59,194 nucleotides of DNA, filler included, from Sphacelaria rigidula (GCA_964200075.2; 10 parts of 10 records of this genome joined end to end with filler, not necessarily neighbours in it), one strand, 5' to 3'. Numbered from the whole stretch's first letter, positions 26,001 to 39,599 are shown. The notes: generated by a model from the sequence alone, not told the origin. Numbers and translations: made by a program.

Positions 26001-29000
26001 GGGACCTCCGAAAACGACCAACGACCAGCCCAACGAGCGCGAGTGCCACGAGTCATACTCGTGCTCGTCCGACCCATGGAAGTTTCAAGCTTTCGATCGA
26101 AAAAAGACCGTGAAATTCGTGAAGCGGTAAATGGTCGCTTGTGCACAGTTCAGACGTACAGACAATCTGTACTGCCTGAACTATTTGTACGCAGTGTCTC
26201 TCGAGCGCGTGTGTGCGTATTTCGTACAGTAGGATGTGAAAGAGAAGCGGGCAATGTGCAGTACAGACACGCAGGGGACTATCTGTTCTCTCTGCTTACA
26301 TCGCGACGTGAAAAGGACTTGGACAGCGTGCAGCTTTGTACTGCCTGTATTGTCCACGAGCGTGTGCGAAAGTCGGTTGCCCACCCTACCCCGCAGTCCC
26401 ATCGCTGATCCCCACCATGAAGGAAGATGCTCAAGTTTTTGCCACCAAAAATAAACAAAGCATACCCAACTACTGCAGTGTATGTATCTATCCCTGCGCT
26501 CAACTCGTGCTGAACGCTGCAAGGTTTCGGTGGTGGATGACAATGAGTTTTATGCGCTTCTGTGAACTGGTGGTGTCTGGCGTGGTCTGTAAGATGGGAG
26601 TCAAGTGTCCCTTCCTACTTTTCGACCGCTTGTTTTCGGTCGAGAAAGCTTCGGCCGCTTCTTGAACACTGGAAAGAGTCACTGAAAAAAGTTCGAGCGG
26701 ACGACTTTTCTTCGTGACTCTTTTCAGAAAAGTCAGTTTTCAAAGTCCCACCTTATCGTCGTATGAAAAAATCCACGGGGCTTGTACACCCAAGGTCATC
26801 ATCTGGCGTGCGTGAAGATGGTGGTGGTGGTGAGGGGCCCCCATATCGGGAAATGACGACACCCCCCCCCCCCCCCCCCCCCGCCCCCGAGCCCTCTGGA
26901 GGGGAGGGGGAAGGGGGGGGGGGGGTACCGTATTTGAGGGGAGGGTACCTCTCTGATTGAAGGGTGACGGCGATAGTAGTTGCTGAACCGTACCGCATGT
27001 GCATGTCGGCAGTGTTCGCCTGCGCAGGGTATACCGAAACGGTAGGTTGAAGGGGTACGTCGAAGTAAGTAGAGAACAAACATGTCCGCAGAGGCAAGGA
27101 GTGGCGAACAAGCGAGGCGGCGAATCGGGTGATTTTGCCCGTACAACACCATTATTAGCAGAAATGACTCTGCAATTTGTTGGAAATGAATTGGCCCAAC
27201 GCACTGTACTGTCTGTACTTTTGATTGATCGATTGATTTCTCTCACATTAGCTGATTGCAATAATCTAGCCCGTGGTCACAAGCAGCGAAAAGAAACAGA
27301 ATAATGTAAGAAAAACGAAGGGAAGAAACAGAAAATAACGGAAGCGACGGCCTCAGAAAGGAAAGAAGAAAGAAAGGAAGCAGCGATGACAACAAAAACA
27401 CCACCATCACCAACAACAACTACAACAAACAACAAGAGTCTGTACTGCCTGAATTAAAAACAACTAAACAAGTACCGCTTCACGTAAATTTCATTTGGAA
27501 AGTGCCCCTGCCTCGATGTTGGATACTCCTTTTGCCACACCACGTCCAGAACATTTTCCTTTGCAACCTCTCCCTGTCTTGTGTCGCAGTTCAGTATGAT
27601 GGCTGCGTGTAGATATTCGCGTTGTATTAACACGGCTGTTTTCCCAAACGCGGGCGAAGGACGTGATCATGTGTAATTCACACATTGTACATATCTAAAA
27701 TATCGGAACATTTTCATGCCGGCTGGTAACACCGCAGTCAAGTTACAGCATGTACATTTCAGTCATTCAAAAGCAGCACAAAACTACTCGTCGTACACCG
27801 CCCTCCCCAGCACAGCGGTCGTAGCATTGTGAGGGTGCTAGGTCGGTAACCACCGGTCTTGCCAAAGCCAGCGCGACTCAATATTTATTATCCAATGATC
27901 CCCGCGACTCAAAAGTTAGCCTCCAAATATTCTCCCCGATGGCCACAAGAACAACACACCAAAACTCCTCGGTTTTGGGCTGCTCAGGTCCAGGCAAACC
28001 CTGGGTGATCGAAATGATCGTTCAATTCCGTATACTGGCGGAGAAACAGGAAGAATGAGGTTTTTGCCAAATTGATTTGGTCATTTCCTCATCCTCACCC
28101 GCTTAGGGGGGAGGGGGGGGGTGCCGTCATTTTCCGAAATGGGACCCTTTTGTAGTGGTCATATTTTGCATGCTGTGTCTGTGCCACCTGCGGTAAACTA
28201 CAGGTAATCGCGCCCACGTACTGGATAGATGGGATGGCAACACAACACACACGTACGCACGTACGTACTCACGCACGCACACACAGACAGTAGCTACTGG
28301 TATAATAGAGATCGGAACGACAGGCGTATCAACCCTTACTTCAGCCGACCGCCGCTTGGTACGGTAATGATGTCGCAAACGGCGCAGTGTGCAGCCTTAC
28401 GGGTTGTGCCATACATACCGCTCACAACAAAGTCAAGTCGATATACTGTAGCAATAGTCTTGGTACACAGAATACGACATAATTCGCAATCGGTGGCGGA
28501 TACGATGAGTATGAAACGATACGAGCAGTCAACACAGTCAGTCCGGGCGACACTGTGCTATTTCATAGTAGTAACGCTGCCCGCGAAAAAATACTGTACT
28601 GTACTGTCCCTCGTCCTACGGCCACGGAGAGGATACAGGAAGTACTGCAGCAGCTATGCTACTGCTACGGTACTGTACATTCATCATGCATGGCTACTTT
28701 TGCACTGACTGTAGTAGACTTGTATGCGAGGAGTGTGTGCTCCATCCTGACTGTACCATCGAGGAGTGTATGATCGAACGTCACTTTCCAGACAGATTGA
28801 TCTCACTGAGAACTGACGGCTTTTCTCAGCGAGATGTGGAAATTCTCGCTGTCTGGAAACGGCTCGCAGTTTCCAGAGACTTTTTTCAGTCTATGAGAAG
28901 CGACCTCAGCTTTATTGTATTTTACTTCTTCTCCGCGCGCCGCTAATTACAAATAATAGTTGAAACCAACTAGGAACAGAAATGCGGTGGACCTATCAGA

Positions 29001-29875
29001 TCGAAATTTTCCTTTTCCACCGCACTTTTTCCATCGACAAAAAATGTGCGAAGACACACCCTCAGCCTGGGAACCGTGTACTTCGGATACTACTGATTAT
29101 ACTTGACACAGTACAGTAGTTTGCAGCTGAGAAAGGGCAGTGTGCCGCATGTCCAAATCCAGCTTGTACCTTGGGCCAGTCATTTCGGGCCAGGCTGATA
29201 TGTTCCTATTATAGTACTTTGCCGCTGAAATGGAGGATTAAAAAAATATACGTATCGTAGTCGACGCTTCTCAATAGTTTTCCGCGTGTCACCGTTCATC
29301 CAAGTGCATGTTGATCCCGAAGTTTGGGGATCGGGAGATATTAGGCATCCGCTCCACATTCCGAAACAGGAGTTGTCTCGGTGCTCATAATCGAACGACA
29401 TACAGGCTGAGTTGACAGCGGGTGTTTTTGACCGGTTTTGGTCCAAAACCCATTTATTTTCGGCTCTACGAGCTGGGCCAGCCTAAAAACGGAGTTAAGC
29501 TCTAAAAGCAATATCTCATCGACACAGGCGAGTTGGGCCGTGATCCGCANNNNNNNNNNNNNNNNNNNNNNNNNNNNNNNNNNNNNNNNNNNNTTAATTA
29601 ATTAANNNNNNNNNNNNNNNNNNNNNNNNNNNNNNNNNNNNNNNNNNNNTCCATTCTGGGACCCCAGAAAAACGGCACTACGTTTTTTTTTTCGCAAACT
29701 CTCTGCCTCCGCATAACCCAAGGATGTGCTCCACAAATTTTCGTCGCAAATCTCGATCAACTAATGCTTGGATTTCCATGTTCACGTCAAAGAAGGCCCG
29801 AAGACGCCGTTGTGGTACTAAAATCAAGTAGTTTGCGGTTTCACCGCGGTACGGCAAACGTCATCGCACAATGGC

Positions 29876-30161
29876 CAAAAACTTCACGCCGTTTTAAGGA
29901 GTTAGGCCCTGGAATTTTGCGCAAATGTGCTTTGGGACATTACGCACCTTTGCAGGAACGGGTTTTTTTATTTTTATATTTTTGTTACCGTTTTACGGGC
30001 ATCCGATTGGGTCGAGGTTTCCTCCAAAAAATTGGGACCCCCGAAAAACGGTGAAAAGTCAAATAATCAAAAAGCCCCGTCCCTTCAAAGTTGCGCAATG
30101 ACCCATGGAACATTCGTGCAAAATTTCAGGGTCTAACTCCCTAAAACGGCGTGAAGTTTTG
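29876..30161. repeat. Foldback/MITE with ~90-bp inverted arms
   Basis: AAAACTTCACGCCGTTTTAAGGAGTTAGGCCCTGGAATTTTGC is inverted relative to GCAAAATTTCAGGGTCTAACTCCCTAAAACGGCGTGAAGTTTT. Confidence 0.8.
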
Positions 30162-30409
30162 CTGATGAGTGTTTTTTGGGTGATATGCGTGAACTGGCCT
30201 GTACGTTGACCGTGACAACCTGAGCACATGAAACATGAATCTCGTAAATTTCTTCCGAATCGTTAAACGGCAGTGCTCATGTTTTTTCCAGGGCACTTTA
30301 GTCTGCTATGTCGTTCTGTTCGACCCCGCTTTTTTTTTTCTGTGTGTGTGTGTGTGTGTTTTTCTTCAGAGCGTGTTTGAATTTCGTTCTTCTTGGGTAC
30401 GTCTATCAT

Positions 30410-30471
30410 GAGACCACAGCTGGACCCCTAGGGGGTCAGTTAAAGTGCGATAATCAATCATCAATCAATCA
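30410..30471 (+). repeat. Retroposon-like 3' tail (GGATCCCT.GGGG.TCAGTT..AGTGCGACAATCAATC..)
   Basis: The same ~55-bp motif ending in (AATC)n occurs at ~36098-36142, 41763-41825 and 55755-55805 (+), and at 41945-42005 and 46265-46346 (-). It is usually preceded by a T-rich tract. Confidence 0.75.
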
Positions 30472-30482
30472 CTTATCTCTGT

Positions 30483-30628
30483 ACGTCAAAAGTCGAGCAA
30501 GGCTAGTACGGCGGTGGGGGACGACGTGGGAAGCCTTGACTTGATTTGACTTGACTTGGAACAGGGCTCCCCACGTGGTCCCCCACCGTACGTAGTATTA
30601 GCCTGGCCCGACGCTTGACTTTTGACGT
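30483..30628. mobile_element. Small MITE with (GACTT)n core
   Basis: TIRs ACGTCAAAAGTC / GACTTTTGACGT and inner inverted pair CGGTGGGGGACGACGTGGG / CCCACGTGGTCCCCCACCG. Confidence 0.7.
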
Positions 30629-31019
30629 TTCGCGACCTTTGAATTTTGCGACGTGTGACGATAAGCGCCCTGTTTTCTCCCCGAGGATCTGCACTGTCGG
30701 GGTTGGTTCATGACAAAAATCTGGACCCGAAAATCTAGTGTGCAGTATTAGAAAAAAAAATGACTGAAAAGCTAGAGGTAAATGTCCCTACCAAGGCACG
30801 CTTAAGGCACCTGACGGGAAAAACTCTGGTTCGTGGGAACCACGACACGTAGAACGATGCCCAGAGTATCAGGAGAGAGACAATGTAATCCTCCATCACC
30901 CAAGCTTTTCAAAATTGAAAAAAATCAAACCAAGTTGCAGGAGTAAATGTGGAGTATGACTCTATTGACGCAAAGAATGCCGTCAACGTACCCTCTGTTT
31001 CAATTACGGTACACTTTAC

Positions 31020-32230
31020 GCAGCTGTCGATTTCTCGCGACCATGGACGTCTCAGACCTTCTCCGTTGGTACAAATGTTCTCGGGATTAGTGCGATCCGT
31101 TTTGAAGAAAAAAAATAATAAAAAACTCATGCGGGGATGAAAATCGCTTATCCCCTGCTTTTCGGAACAAATTTCGCAATTAAGTCGGTGTTTGGCAACG
31201 CCGTACTCGACGAAAACTGTTTTTTTTTTTCAACCCATTGAATTACGTTTCGAAAGTAATCTCCCAAAGTTTGGGGTTCATCGATTGCGATTAAGGTACT
31301 TTCTGACGCACGTTGAGTGATACCCCCCAATCACTCATTTTTCACCAGAGTTCGATAATGACTACGAAAATGGAACACCTCGGACTTTTCCGACCTTCTC
31401 CTTTGCTACAAATGTTCATGAGACCAGAGCGGTCCGTTGTGAAGGAAAAAAAAGAGAAGAAAAAACTCATTCAGGGATGAAAATCGCCCATGCCCTGGTT
31501 TTCGGAACAAATTTCGTCATTGAGTATGTTTTGCAACGCCGTACTCGACGAAACAAATATTTTTTCAATATTAAACTACGTTTTAATAGTAATCTTCCAG
31601 AGTTTGAGGTTCATCGGTTACGATTAAGGGACTGTGATGCCCCCTAATCACTCATTTTTCACCAGAAATTGATAATGACTACGAAAATGGAACACCTGGG
31701 ACGTTTCAGACCTTCTCCTTTGATCGAAATGTTTATGAGACTGGTGCGGTCCGTTCTGCAAGAATATATATATATATATATGCGGGGATGAAAATGGCCC
31801 ATCCCCTTCTTTTGGAACAGATTTCGCCATAAGGCCTGCGTTTGGCAACGCCGTACTCGACGCAAACGTTCTTTTCTTTTTGTCTCCTGTATCAACCCAT
31901 CGCGATACGTTTTGACATTTATCTTCCAAAATTTGCTGCTCATAGGTTTCGATTAAGGTACTATGACGCACGTTGAGTGATGCCCCCTAATAATCAGAAA
32001 TCGACAATAACTACGAAAATGGAACACCTAGAGCTAAGACGTTCCAGATATTTTCCTTTGGCACAAACCTTAACGCATCGCAATGCATCACAATGCATCA
32101 CTTTCCGGCACCAAAGAGGGAAAATAGCCAGTTCGGGGGAAAAAATTGCCTTTTCCCGGATTTTCGGAACAAATTTGAGCATTCTTCTCCGTGTTTGGCA
32201 ACGCCGAGCTCGAAGAACACGTTCGTAGAG
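31020..32230. repeat. Four diverged ~320-bp tandem units
   Basis: ACTACGAAAATGGAACACCT at ~31361, 31678 and 32010; GGAACAAATTT..GCAACGCCGTACTCGACG at ~31165-31212, 31504-31550, 31814-31862 and 32166-32212. Confidence 0.9.
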
Positions 32231-32994
32231 CTCTATGATTTCTGTTTGTTTAGAGCTACCCAACCAAGTGGAATAAGTTCCGACATGAACTCTCGCGAAA
32301 TTTTGGTGTTTGACGTATGTGACCGAGTTGTTACAATGAAACACGTTTGCTGCCCCCCCCTCCCAACAAAAGTTTCACCAAAATCGACAATGGCTACGAA
32401 AACGGCAGACGCAGCTCGCAGATAGCAGCGAGCGCGAAACAGAGCAAGCCAAGCAGCGAAAACTTCGCCGCCAAATCTTTCTCGGCGATGACCTTCCACG
32501 CCCTGGTCCCTTGCGGAGTAACACCTACGGCGAAGATAGCCACGAGTGGTGGGTGTAGGGGGGTGGGGGTGTACTCATGATCATGCATGCCATTATCTAA
32601 AGACCATTGACCTCGCATCCCTACAAAGCCAGGACGGAGCATGCCGGGTTTCGCCGGACTAAGGGGGGGGCACGGTACAGAGTAGTACGCCGAGTATCGG
32701 CTGGTGCGCACAGTCCTGGCACCACCTCTAACCGCGGTACTGGCAACACCTCTACAGACAGTATAGGCAGTGCCTCTATAGAGAGTAAGTCCAACGAACA
32801 CAACACGCCGAGACAGCAATGAGCAGGCAAACGCCAAGTGCTTTGTCGTCGAAGAATGCGGCGAAAATAATGCCGTTTCAATCGCAGCACAATTGAGAGC
32901 AGACAAACACCACTCCACAGCAACGGCCTCTGGCTCTAGCTCTAGACACATGCGTTGTATCACATCAACGAAACGGCTCTTGACAGACTGTAAA

Positions 32995-33517
32995 GCACGT
33001 GTCTCGTCAGTGTTCCATCTCTGGTCGGTTGCTGGCTTGTCCTTGTCCACGTAGTCCTCATAGGCCGCATAAAACTCCGGCATGCGATCTTCTTCGTCGG
33101 TCGCGCCACCCTGTCGGCCTTGTAGATGCGGTTGCTGCGCTAACCTAGCTGGGGGTGCCTCCTGAGGAACAAGTCGAGCCATTTTCGGCCTGGCCCTACT
33201 GTCGGGTCCTATGGCACCGGTCGGTTGTCGCTGCAGAGTGCCATAACCGCCTGTTTCAGGCCGGCAATCTTTATTCAGGCCCGTTTACGAGCTGCGGCAA
33301 ATGTCAGCATATCTTCGATGGAATTGTCGTCCTCAATCGACAGTACAGTACCAAGGCCAACCCTACCAGCTATGCCCACGCTACCACTGACACGCTTCTG
33401 CAGCGAAGCAACGGAGATGTCAAAGGTCTTTGCAGCAGCGTGGAAGGTCATGCGACCGCTGCGTACCGCTTCTACGGCCTCTGCTGCACGTTCTCGGTCC
33501 GCCCTTACTCTCTGCAT
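32995..33517 (-). pseudogene. pogo/Fot1-like (Tc1-mariner superfamily) transposase, truncated pseudogene
   Basis: psq-type HTH (AVEAVRSGRMTFHAAAKTFDISVASLQKRVSG..GTVLSIEDDNSIEDML), then after frameshifts the CENP-B/Tc5-type HTH end GPGRKWLDLFLRRHPQL, then EFY..Y...RWNTDET (first catalytic D). The rest of the DDD domain is absent. Confidence 0.88.
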
Positions 33518-35767
33518 GCTTAGCAGCCGATCGACCAAAAAGCTGATTTTGGAGCAAGACACACACGCGCTTTTTCGCAGTGCTTTGAGATGATGTTTTG
33601 TGATGCAAAAGGCACACGCAGTAGCTAAAAAAAAGCGCCGTGCTCTTGTGCACACGCAGGAAAAAGACAGGATGGAAAACGATCAATATTTTGCTGAGTT
33701 ATGGGCGAATAAAAAAAGGGTTCCTTAATTGGTATTGTTCCGTAATAGGAGCGTTTACTCTAGGTTTTTTACTTATTGCGCTAGCACAGGTTCTGTGTGC
33801 ATGTGACCCATTATTATTTTAAACATGAACGATTTTTTCAAAAAACGTACCAGCATAATATGTAAAGATCTATGAAAAGCTCACCCCTACCGTTGAATCA
33901 CAATCCCCGCCCCGGACTGACTGGTGAGGTGGACTAGTCTCACTGTGAAATTTTGTTCTTCTTGCATGCTCAACGCAATATAAGTGTGGAAGAAACGGAA
34001 TATACCATGAGCTAAGGAGCAAGGCCATCTCTCTCGATAAGTATCACGATGATGACAGCCGCCCCCATTCGTTTCACTTAGTTAAAAACCGCAGCGGCGG
34101 CCTCTGAGCAGTAGCACTAGCAGCGCAACCACGATACCAACACCCACAGAAGGGCGGCCCGATGTGTTTGTTGTTGGGTCGGAGGGAAACGATGATAGCA
34201 GGGTTGTGATTTGCGTAGATGAGACGTGTGTTCAGCTGTGCCAGCGGCAGCGCAGACGACTGTTTTCGTATTTCCTCGTTCAGGGAGCGCAGTCATGCGC
34301 GGCGGGACGAGAAGAGATGAGATGTTGCTATGTGCTCAATTGAGTCATCATGACCCTGTTCAACCAGCGTTTGACAAACATTACCCGGGAGGAGTCCTCA
34401 ACGTGTACACTGTCGGCGTTAATGAAGCGCGGGTACCTTCCGCAAGCCTGCCCGAAGATCAGCCGTATGACCTGTGCGATCTGTGGTTGATCTGTATCTG
34501 TATGGCCCGTTCAATCTATACACAAGTTTCGGTTGGTGACCTGTAGAACCCGGTCGTTCCGTATGCATATCCTGATGAGCGATCTGTATAGGCATTGTGA
34601 GTCGTACGAGTCCGCTTCATGGTGATCTGTATGACCCGAGAATTCGTACGAACCTACCTTGTTGATTTGTATACTCTTTCGATCTGTCCATCATCTCCTT
34701 GGACGCCCCTGTGTAATCCGAATCAGGTGTCTCGCAACGCTAAGAGCAACCTGTGTACCATCATGGCCCGTACAAGATACCTCCCTCGTCATCGATGATA
34801 CCCAGATCACGAGTATCTTTTCATGACTGGTTGCACTGTGCCACTTCAACCGTGTACACAAGCGTGCTCACACTTGATCTGTATGCCTCGGGTGACGCAT
34901 AATGATCTGTCCGACGTGTGAATACATGTGTCGAGAGGAAGGAATATGTCTTCCCGGGACAATGAAAATCGCAAGTCAAACCCAGGTCGATTTGCGCTGG
35001 TCTCGCGGACCGCTGTACCCCGTACGGGTGAAAAACGGTGAGGCATTTTCTTGCGTCCATTTTGTTCATGTATGGACGCTCCCGTGGATGGGACTCGAGC
35101 ACGCATTCGTTGCTGTTTTTTACGATTTTATTATTATTATTTCCGCACATTAGTCCGATCTCGCGAACCCGTGGTCACAGACGTAGGCTCGCCTTTCCAA
35201 TACCGTCCCTGATATTCCCTACCAGACACAGACGATAACCAAGTTGATTGAAAGTGGTTCGTCCCACCCTCGTCTATTATTACTTCTTCGGCCCTAGATA
35301 CATTGCGGGAAAGAGAGAGGAAGCTAGGGGGTGCAATGGCGTCGTCACTAAGAGGTGCGCATGTTTTTTTTGCGTGTGTTTGGGCTTCATCTGTGTCGCG
35401 GTGGGCTTCTTGATTGAACAGCCGATCATCTATGTTGAGGATGGTGCTTTTCATTGAGGATGAGAACCCGGAGGATTANNNNNNNNNNNNNNNNNNNNNN
35501 NNNNNNNNNNNNNNNNNNNNNNTTAATTAATTAANNNNNNNNNNNNNNNNNNNNNNNNNNNNNNNNNNNNNNNNNNNNCCTGCAAAGCTGGGACGGAGCA
35601 CGCCGAGTTTTCGCCGGACCAGGCTCGCGATCAGTCACCAAGCGCGAAGCGCCGTGATGTGGTTGGCGAGTCGCATGAAGGGTGATTTGCATCCTGCTAA
35701 GATTGTTGGGCCCGAAGCGTACTGATTATCTTGCATTCCGATGACAGCCTACAATGAGTTGCTTCAT

Positions 35768-36012
35768 TTTCTGGGTGGGGGGGCGTACTCATTTGTTGCT
35801 TGCCTTAGTCATTTGACCATTGACCACGCATCCCTTTCGAGACGGAGCACTTTCTGGGTGGGGGAGGGGCGTACTCATTTGTTGCTCGCCTTAGTCGTTT
35901 GACCGTTTTCCACGCATCTTTTTCAAGATGGAGCATTTTCCTGGCGGGGGGGGGAAGGTAATCATTAGTTACTTGCCTCAGGCCTGCGACCATGAGCGAC
36001 GCATCCCTTGAG
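35768..36012 (+). repeat. Three tandem ~85-bp G-run/TACTCATTTGTTGC modules following a family A copy (35579-35770)
   Basis: TTTTCTGGGTGGGGG..GTACTCATTTGTTGCT.GCCTTAGTC.TTTGACC..CCACGCATC..GA.GGAGCA repeated three times. Confidence 0.85.
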
Positions 36013-36348
36013 ACACAAACCACCGTTCCTGGAGCACGGAGGGGGTGGGGAGGGGAGGCTATCGCGGTATCACTCTTTGGGGTACACTGATCTCGTGACC
36101 AAGACTGGGTCCATTGGGGATCAGTTAGTGTGCGACAATCGACCGAGCAACCCGTGCGAAGTCCCGGCATAGCGCCGTCTACTATGCCGCGCTGGCGATC
36201 CACCGCACTACGCCGGGATCCCCATTACATCAGCAAAATACTCTAGACAGCATCGCCGTTACTGTTTACGGTAAGGTTTGAGAGTAACAAAAAAAATGCG
36301 CAAGCCTATTTCGTGTCGTCCTTCGTTGGGGATTCAGTTCCATCTCAC

Positions 36349-36493
36349 CTTGACAGGCGTCAGCGTCCTTGTCGCTTTCCGGTATGATCTTTTCCCAGGC
36401 GTCCTCGATCAAGTCGTAGGCGTAAAGATCGTCCGAGCAGTGGTAGGTACCGCTCTCGCTCCACTGACAGCCGCCGAATACGACCACTCTCTC
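36349..36493 (-). CDS. Kelch-repeat protein, internal exon 4
   Basis: cgccag|GAG..CAA G|gtgaga; ERVVVFGGCQW...SDDLYAYDLIEDAWEKI, in phase with the preceding exon. The gene is truncated at both contig ends. Confidence 0.88.
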
Positions 36494-37522
36494 CTGGCGC
36501 GTGGTAGTAACACGCACGTGAAAAAAAAAATCATAAGATGGAGACACAAAGGGAGAGAGGGGACGTGAGAGACGATGAGAATATATGAGCCAGCAGACCG
36601 TGCAACTCACCGTGCGGAAAGCACATATCATCACTAATAAAAGAATAATGCTGCACGCCCATCAGGTGCCAATGTGTAGCAACTTAGACAGGGTCACGCG
36701 CGAAACCAGCGACTAGAATCCATGGTTGAGCATGAACTGTTGTCGTCATACTCCAACATTAATCCCAACCCACACCCCCTCCCCAACCCCACGCATGCCG
36801 CGAACCCTCGAGCAAGGGGGGTACAGATAGTATCCTGGGCCGAGTGTGCGCTGGCAGAGCTTCGGCGCCGACTTGATCCAAAACGCGTACTGCGCACGTT
36901 GGGCGAGCGCTCGGGACTGTGAAGTCTGTAAAGATCCGAATATGATGGTGTACTACACTACACCAATACCAAGTCTTTCTCAACCATGAAGTTTTGCTGC
37001 CGAGTTCGCATGAAGTCTACTACTACACTGGTTTAACGGTACTGGAGAGCTCTTGTGTCCTGATGATCGAGTTATAGCCAGAAAAGGTCTTGTCCGTCCG
37101 TCTCAATTTTCCCCGCCTTTTCCACTGTTCCTCGCCCGATCACGCTACAGTATAGCCAGAGTAAAAACTAGGGTTGACAGATAAAAACAGCAAACAGCAC
37201 GGGTTGGGACTGCGAAAACAGCACACCCTGAACAATCAAGTACAAAATTTCAAGAAGTATACTGCGCACATGATCGAGTATTGCGTCTACTACAGTCGAC
37301 AACATACCCTATACTATGCGCAGTATCATTTTTGACAACATTATTCATGGTCATTATCCAGGATATAAAACAAAAAACACGACACACACCCTCACGTCTA
37401 CAGCGCCCGCAGTGCCTCGTGTTCATGTTCCTCGTTATTCCGCACGGAACAACATTTCCTACTACCCATCACCGCGACATGCAACCCACCACCCCCTAAC
37501 CCCCCCCCCCCCCCTGACTCAC

Positions 37523-37681
37523 CTTGGCGCCCTTGGCATGTGGGATTACCACCGTGTCCATCGTCTGTCCCACCGCGCAATCTCCGGGTAGCGACTCGCC
37601 CTCCCGCCAATCGGCTTTAGGATCTACTATGTCCAGCAAAAATAGCCGGCTATCACACTGCTCGTTTGCCTCGCCATCCAC
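37523..37681 (-). CDS. Kelch-repeat protein, internal exon 3
   Basis: atacag|GTG..GCC AAG|gtgagt; 159 nt, phase 0-0; VDGEANEQCDSRLFLLDIVDPKADWREGESLPGDCAVGQTMDTVVIPHAKGAK. Confidence 0.85.
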
Positions 37682-39599
37682 CTGTATTCCACACGCATGG
37701 AAAATCACCAAAAAACAAGTGCGGAAAACGAACAAAGGAAATCAATACTTGGATAATAATAATACGCCTAATGCACCCCTCGCGCGATAGCAACTCCTTC
37801 TGTCGTTTCGACTGCAGCCGTGCAAAACACCCCTATCGCACAGGGACTTGCCGTCCTGCATATACCTGTACGCGCTCGTGCAAAGGCGGCGTGCACCTTC
37901 CTGGATTGGTCATGCTGGGCTATCCTTCCCATCCAGTTGCGAGCCGAGATGGAGCGGCATGAGAATGACAATACCACGTTCACCGAGGTTCTACCGTACC
38001 TGCTTGCATCATATATGTGCCCCGCATGAGATGTGTCATGCTTAAGTAGAGAGGCGACCAAACGTTTTGGTCGTATATCTATGGTTGATTTTTTCGAACT
38101 AACAAAAACGCTAACCCGAACCCGAACCCCGACCCAAGGCGTACGAGACCCTCGGGCGAGCGGGGTGCATAGGTTTCCCCAGTCAAAGTGTGCGTTGGCA
38201 GACCTGGGTTCACTGCTCACCTGCCCCAAACCATAAATTTTCTCAGAACTTTCTCGACTCTAAAACCAAGTAGTCATGCTGTCAACCATAGATATACGAA
38301 AAAAGCTTCAGGTCTACTGAAAGTAGAACGTCACCCAATACCATTGATATGACGCCAGCTGACATGAATGCAGTGGGTGAGGTTGTGCCGTGACTTAATC
38401 GAGACCGAAACAAGAGGGGCAAGGAACAAGCGTCCGAGAGCGGCATATTGATTATTCCGCCCAACCATGAACCCGCCCGGCGATAAATCAACGCTCTGTT
38501 GGAAATCTTGTAAGGGTCGGAAAATAATGATTCGTCTGTAAATTACTTGGTTTTAGTACAACTGATTCGACTCATAAGGATAAATCCTTGGGTTTTGTTT
38601 TCAGCGTTGCAACCCAGGTACACGCAGCCCAGACACGTGGAATGGTGCAAAAGTTGCGTGGATACCCCTTGAACCAGCGGTCAACTTTTTTCTCCCTTTT
38701 GGGCAATCAGGCTGAAGAAATCTTGGTCTTTCTCCCGATTATCTTTTGTTCTCGATAAGATACGGTCCAAATGCTTCACGAAAGGGCGGGGTTCATCCCC
38801 AGCCCACGTCTGTCAGTTTTGATCGCCACCCCCATAACACAGAGTGCAGCTTGATGCCTTGTCTCCCACAAAAGGAACCCGACCTCTCGTCCGACCGCCG
38901 CGGATTCGTGAGGAAATCGCTCTCTTCTAGCTTAAAACGGTAAAAACAACAGCAACAGAGACATGTGGTTCTCTCTGAAGGTGATGACGGTAGGGTACGG
39001 CGCAGTACGGGTAAGACTCAGCGCTTCAGGTACTTTGAAATGACCTGATGTGTGTTTTTCACTCGATACCACGGGTACACTCTGGAGCGCTCGGTACGGC
39101 ATTATACCCTGGGAAAGCTACCATATATCCTGTCCACGACTAAGTTACCCAACCGTAATGGTCTTTGGAACTCCCCACTCCATTTGACCAGCACAATCCG
39201 TAATAATCCGCAAACAACACTTACGAACTACGGCTAAATTTTGGAACGGATTAGTTGACGCGGGACAATCAACCAACCAATCGTTTAGTCAATTGTAACG
39301 AATAATAATTCCCCCCTCCGTCAAATGTAGTATGCCCTGAGATACTTGCACTCTGAAATGACATGAAGAGCGTTTTCCGAAACTCTCCAGTTACTTCCTT
39401 GTTCATGTGATCTGGTTTCGAACTCATGATTCCGAACCGGATCAGAGATGAAGGGGGGGGGGGGGGGACTCATTTGTTGCGTGTTTTACTGGTCTTGTTT
39501 TTTGGTTCAGTCCCGCATCGGGGGAAAGACAAGGAGAAANNNNNNNNNNTCCCTTTTGTTTTTTTTTGTTTTGTGGTGTGTGGGTCGGAAGTCATGGCT

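Noticed and set aside
32394..33182. 262-aa ORF as a real gene
   Set aside because: It is a chimera of frameshifted pogo sequence, unrelated DNA and a family A repeat.
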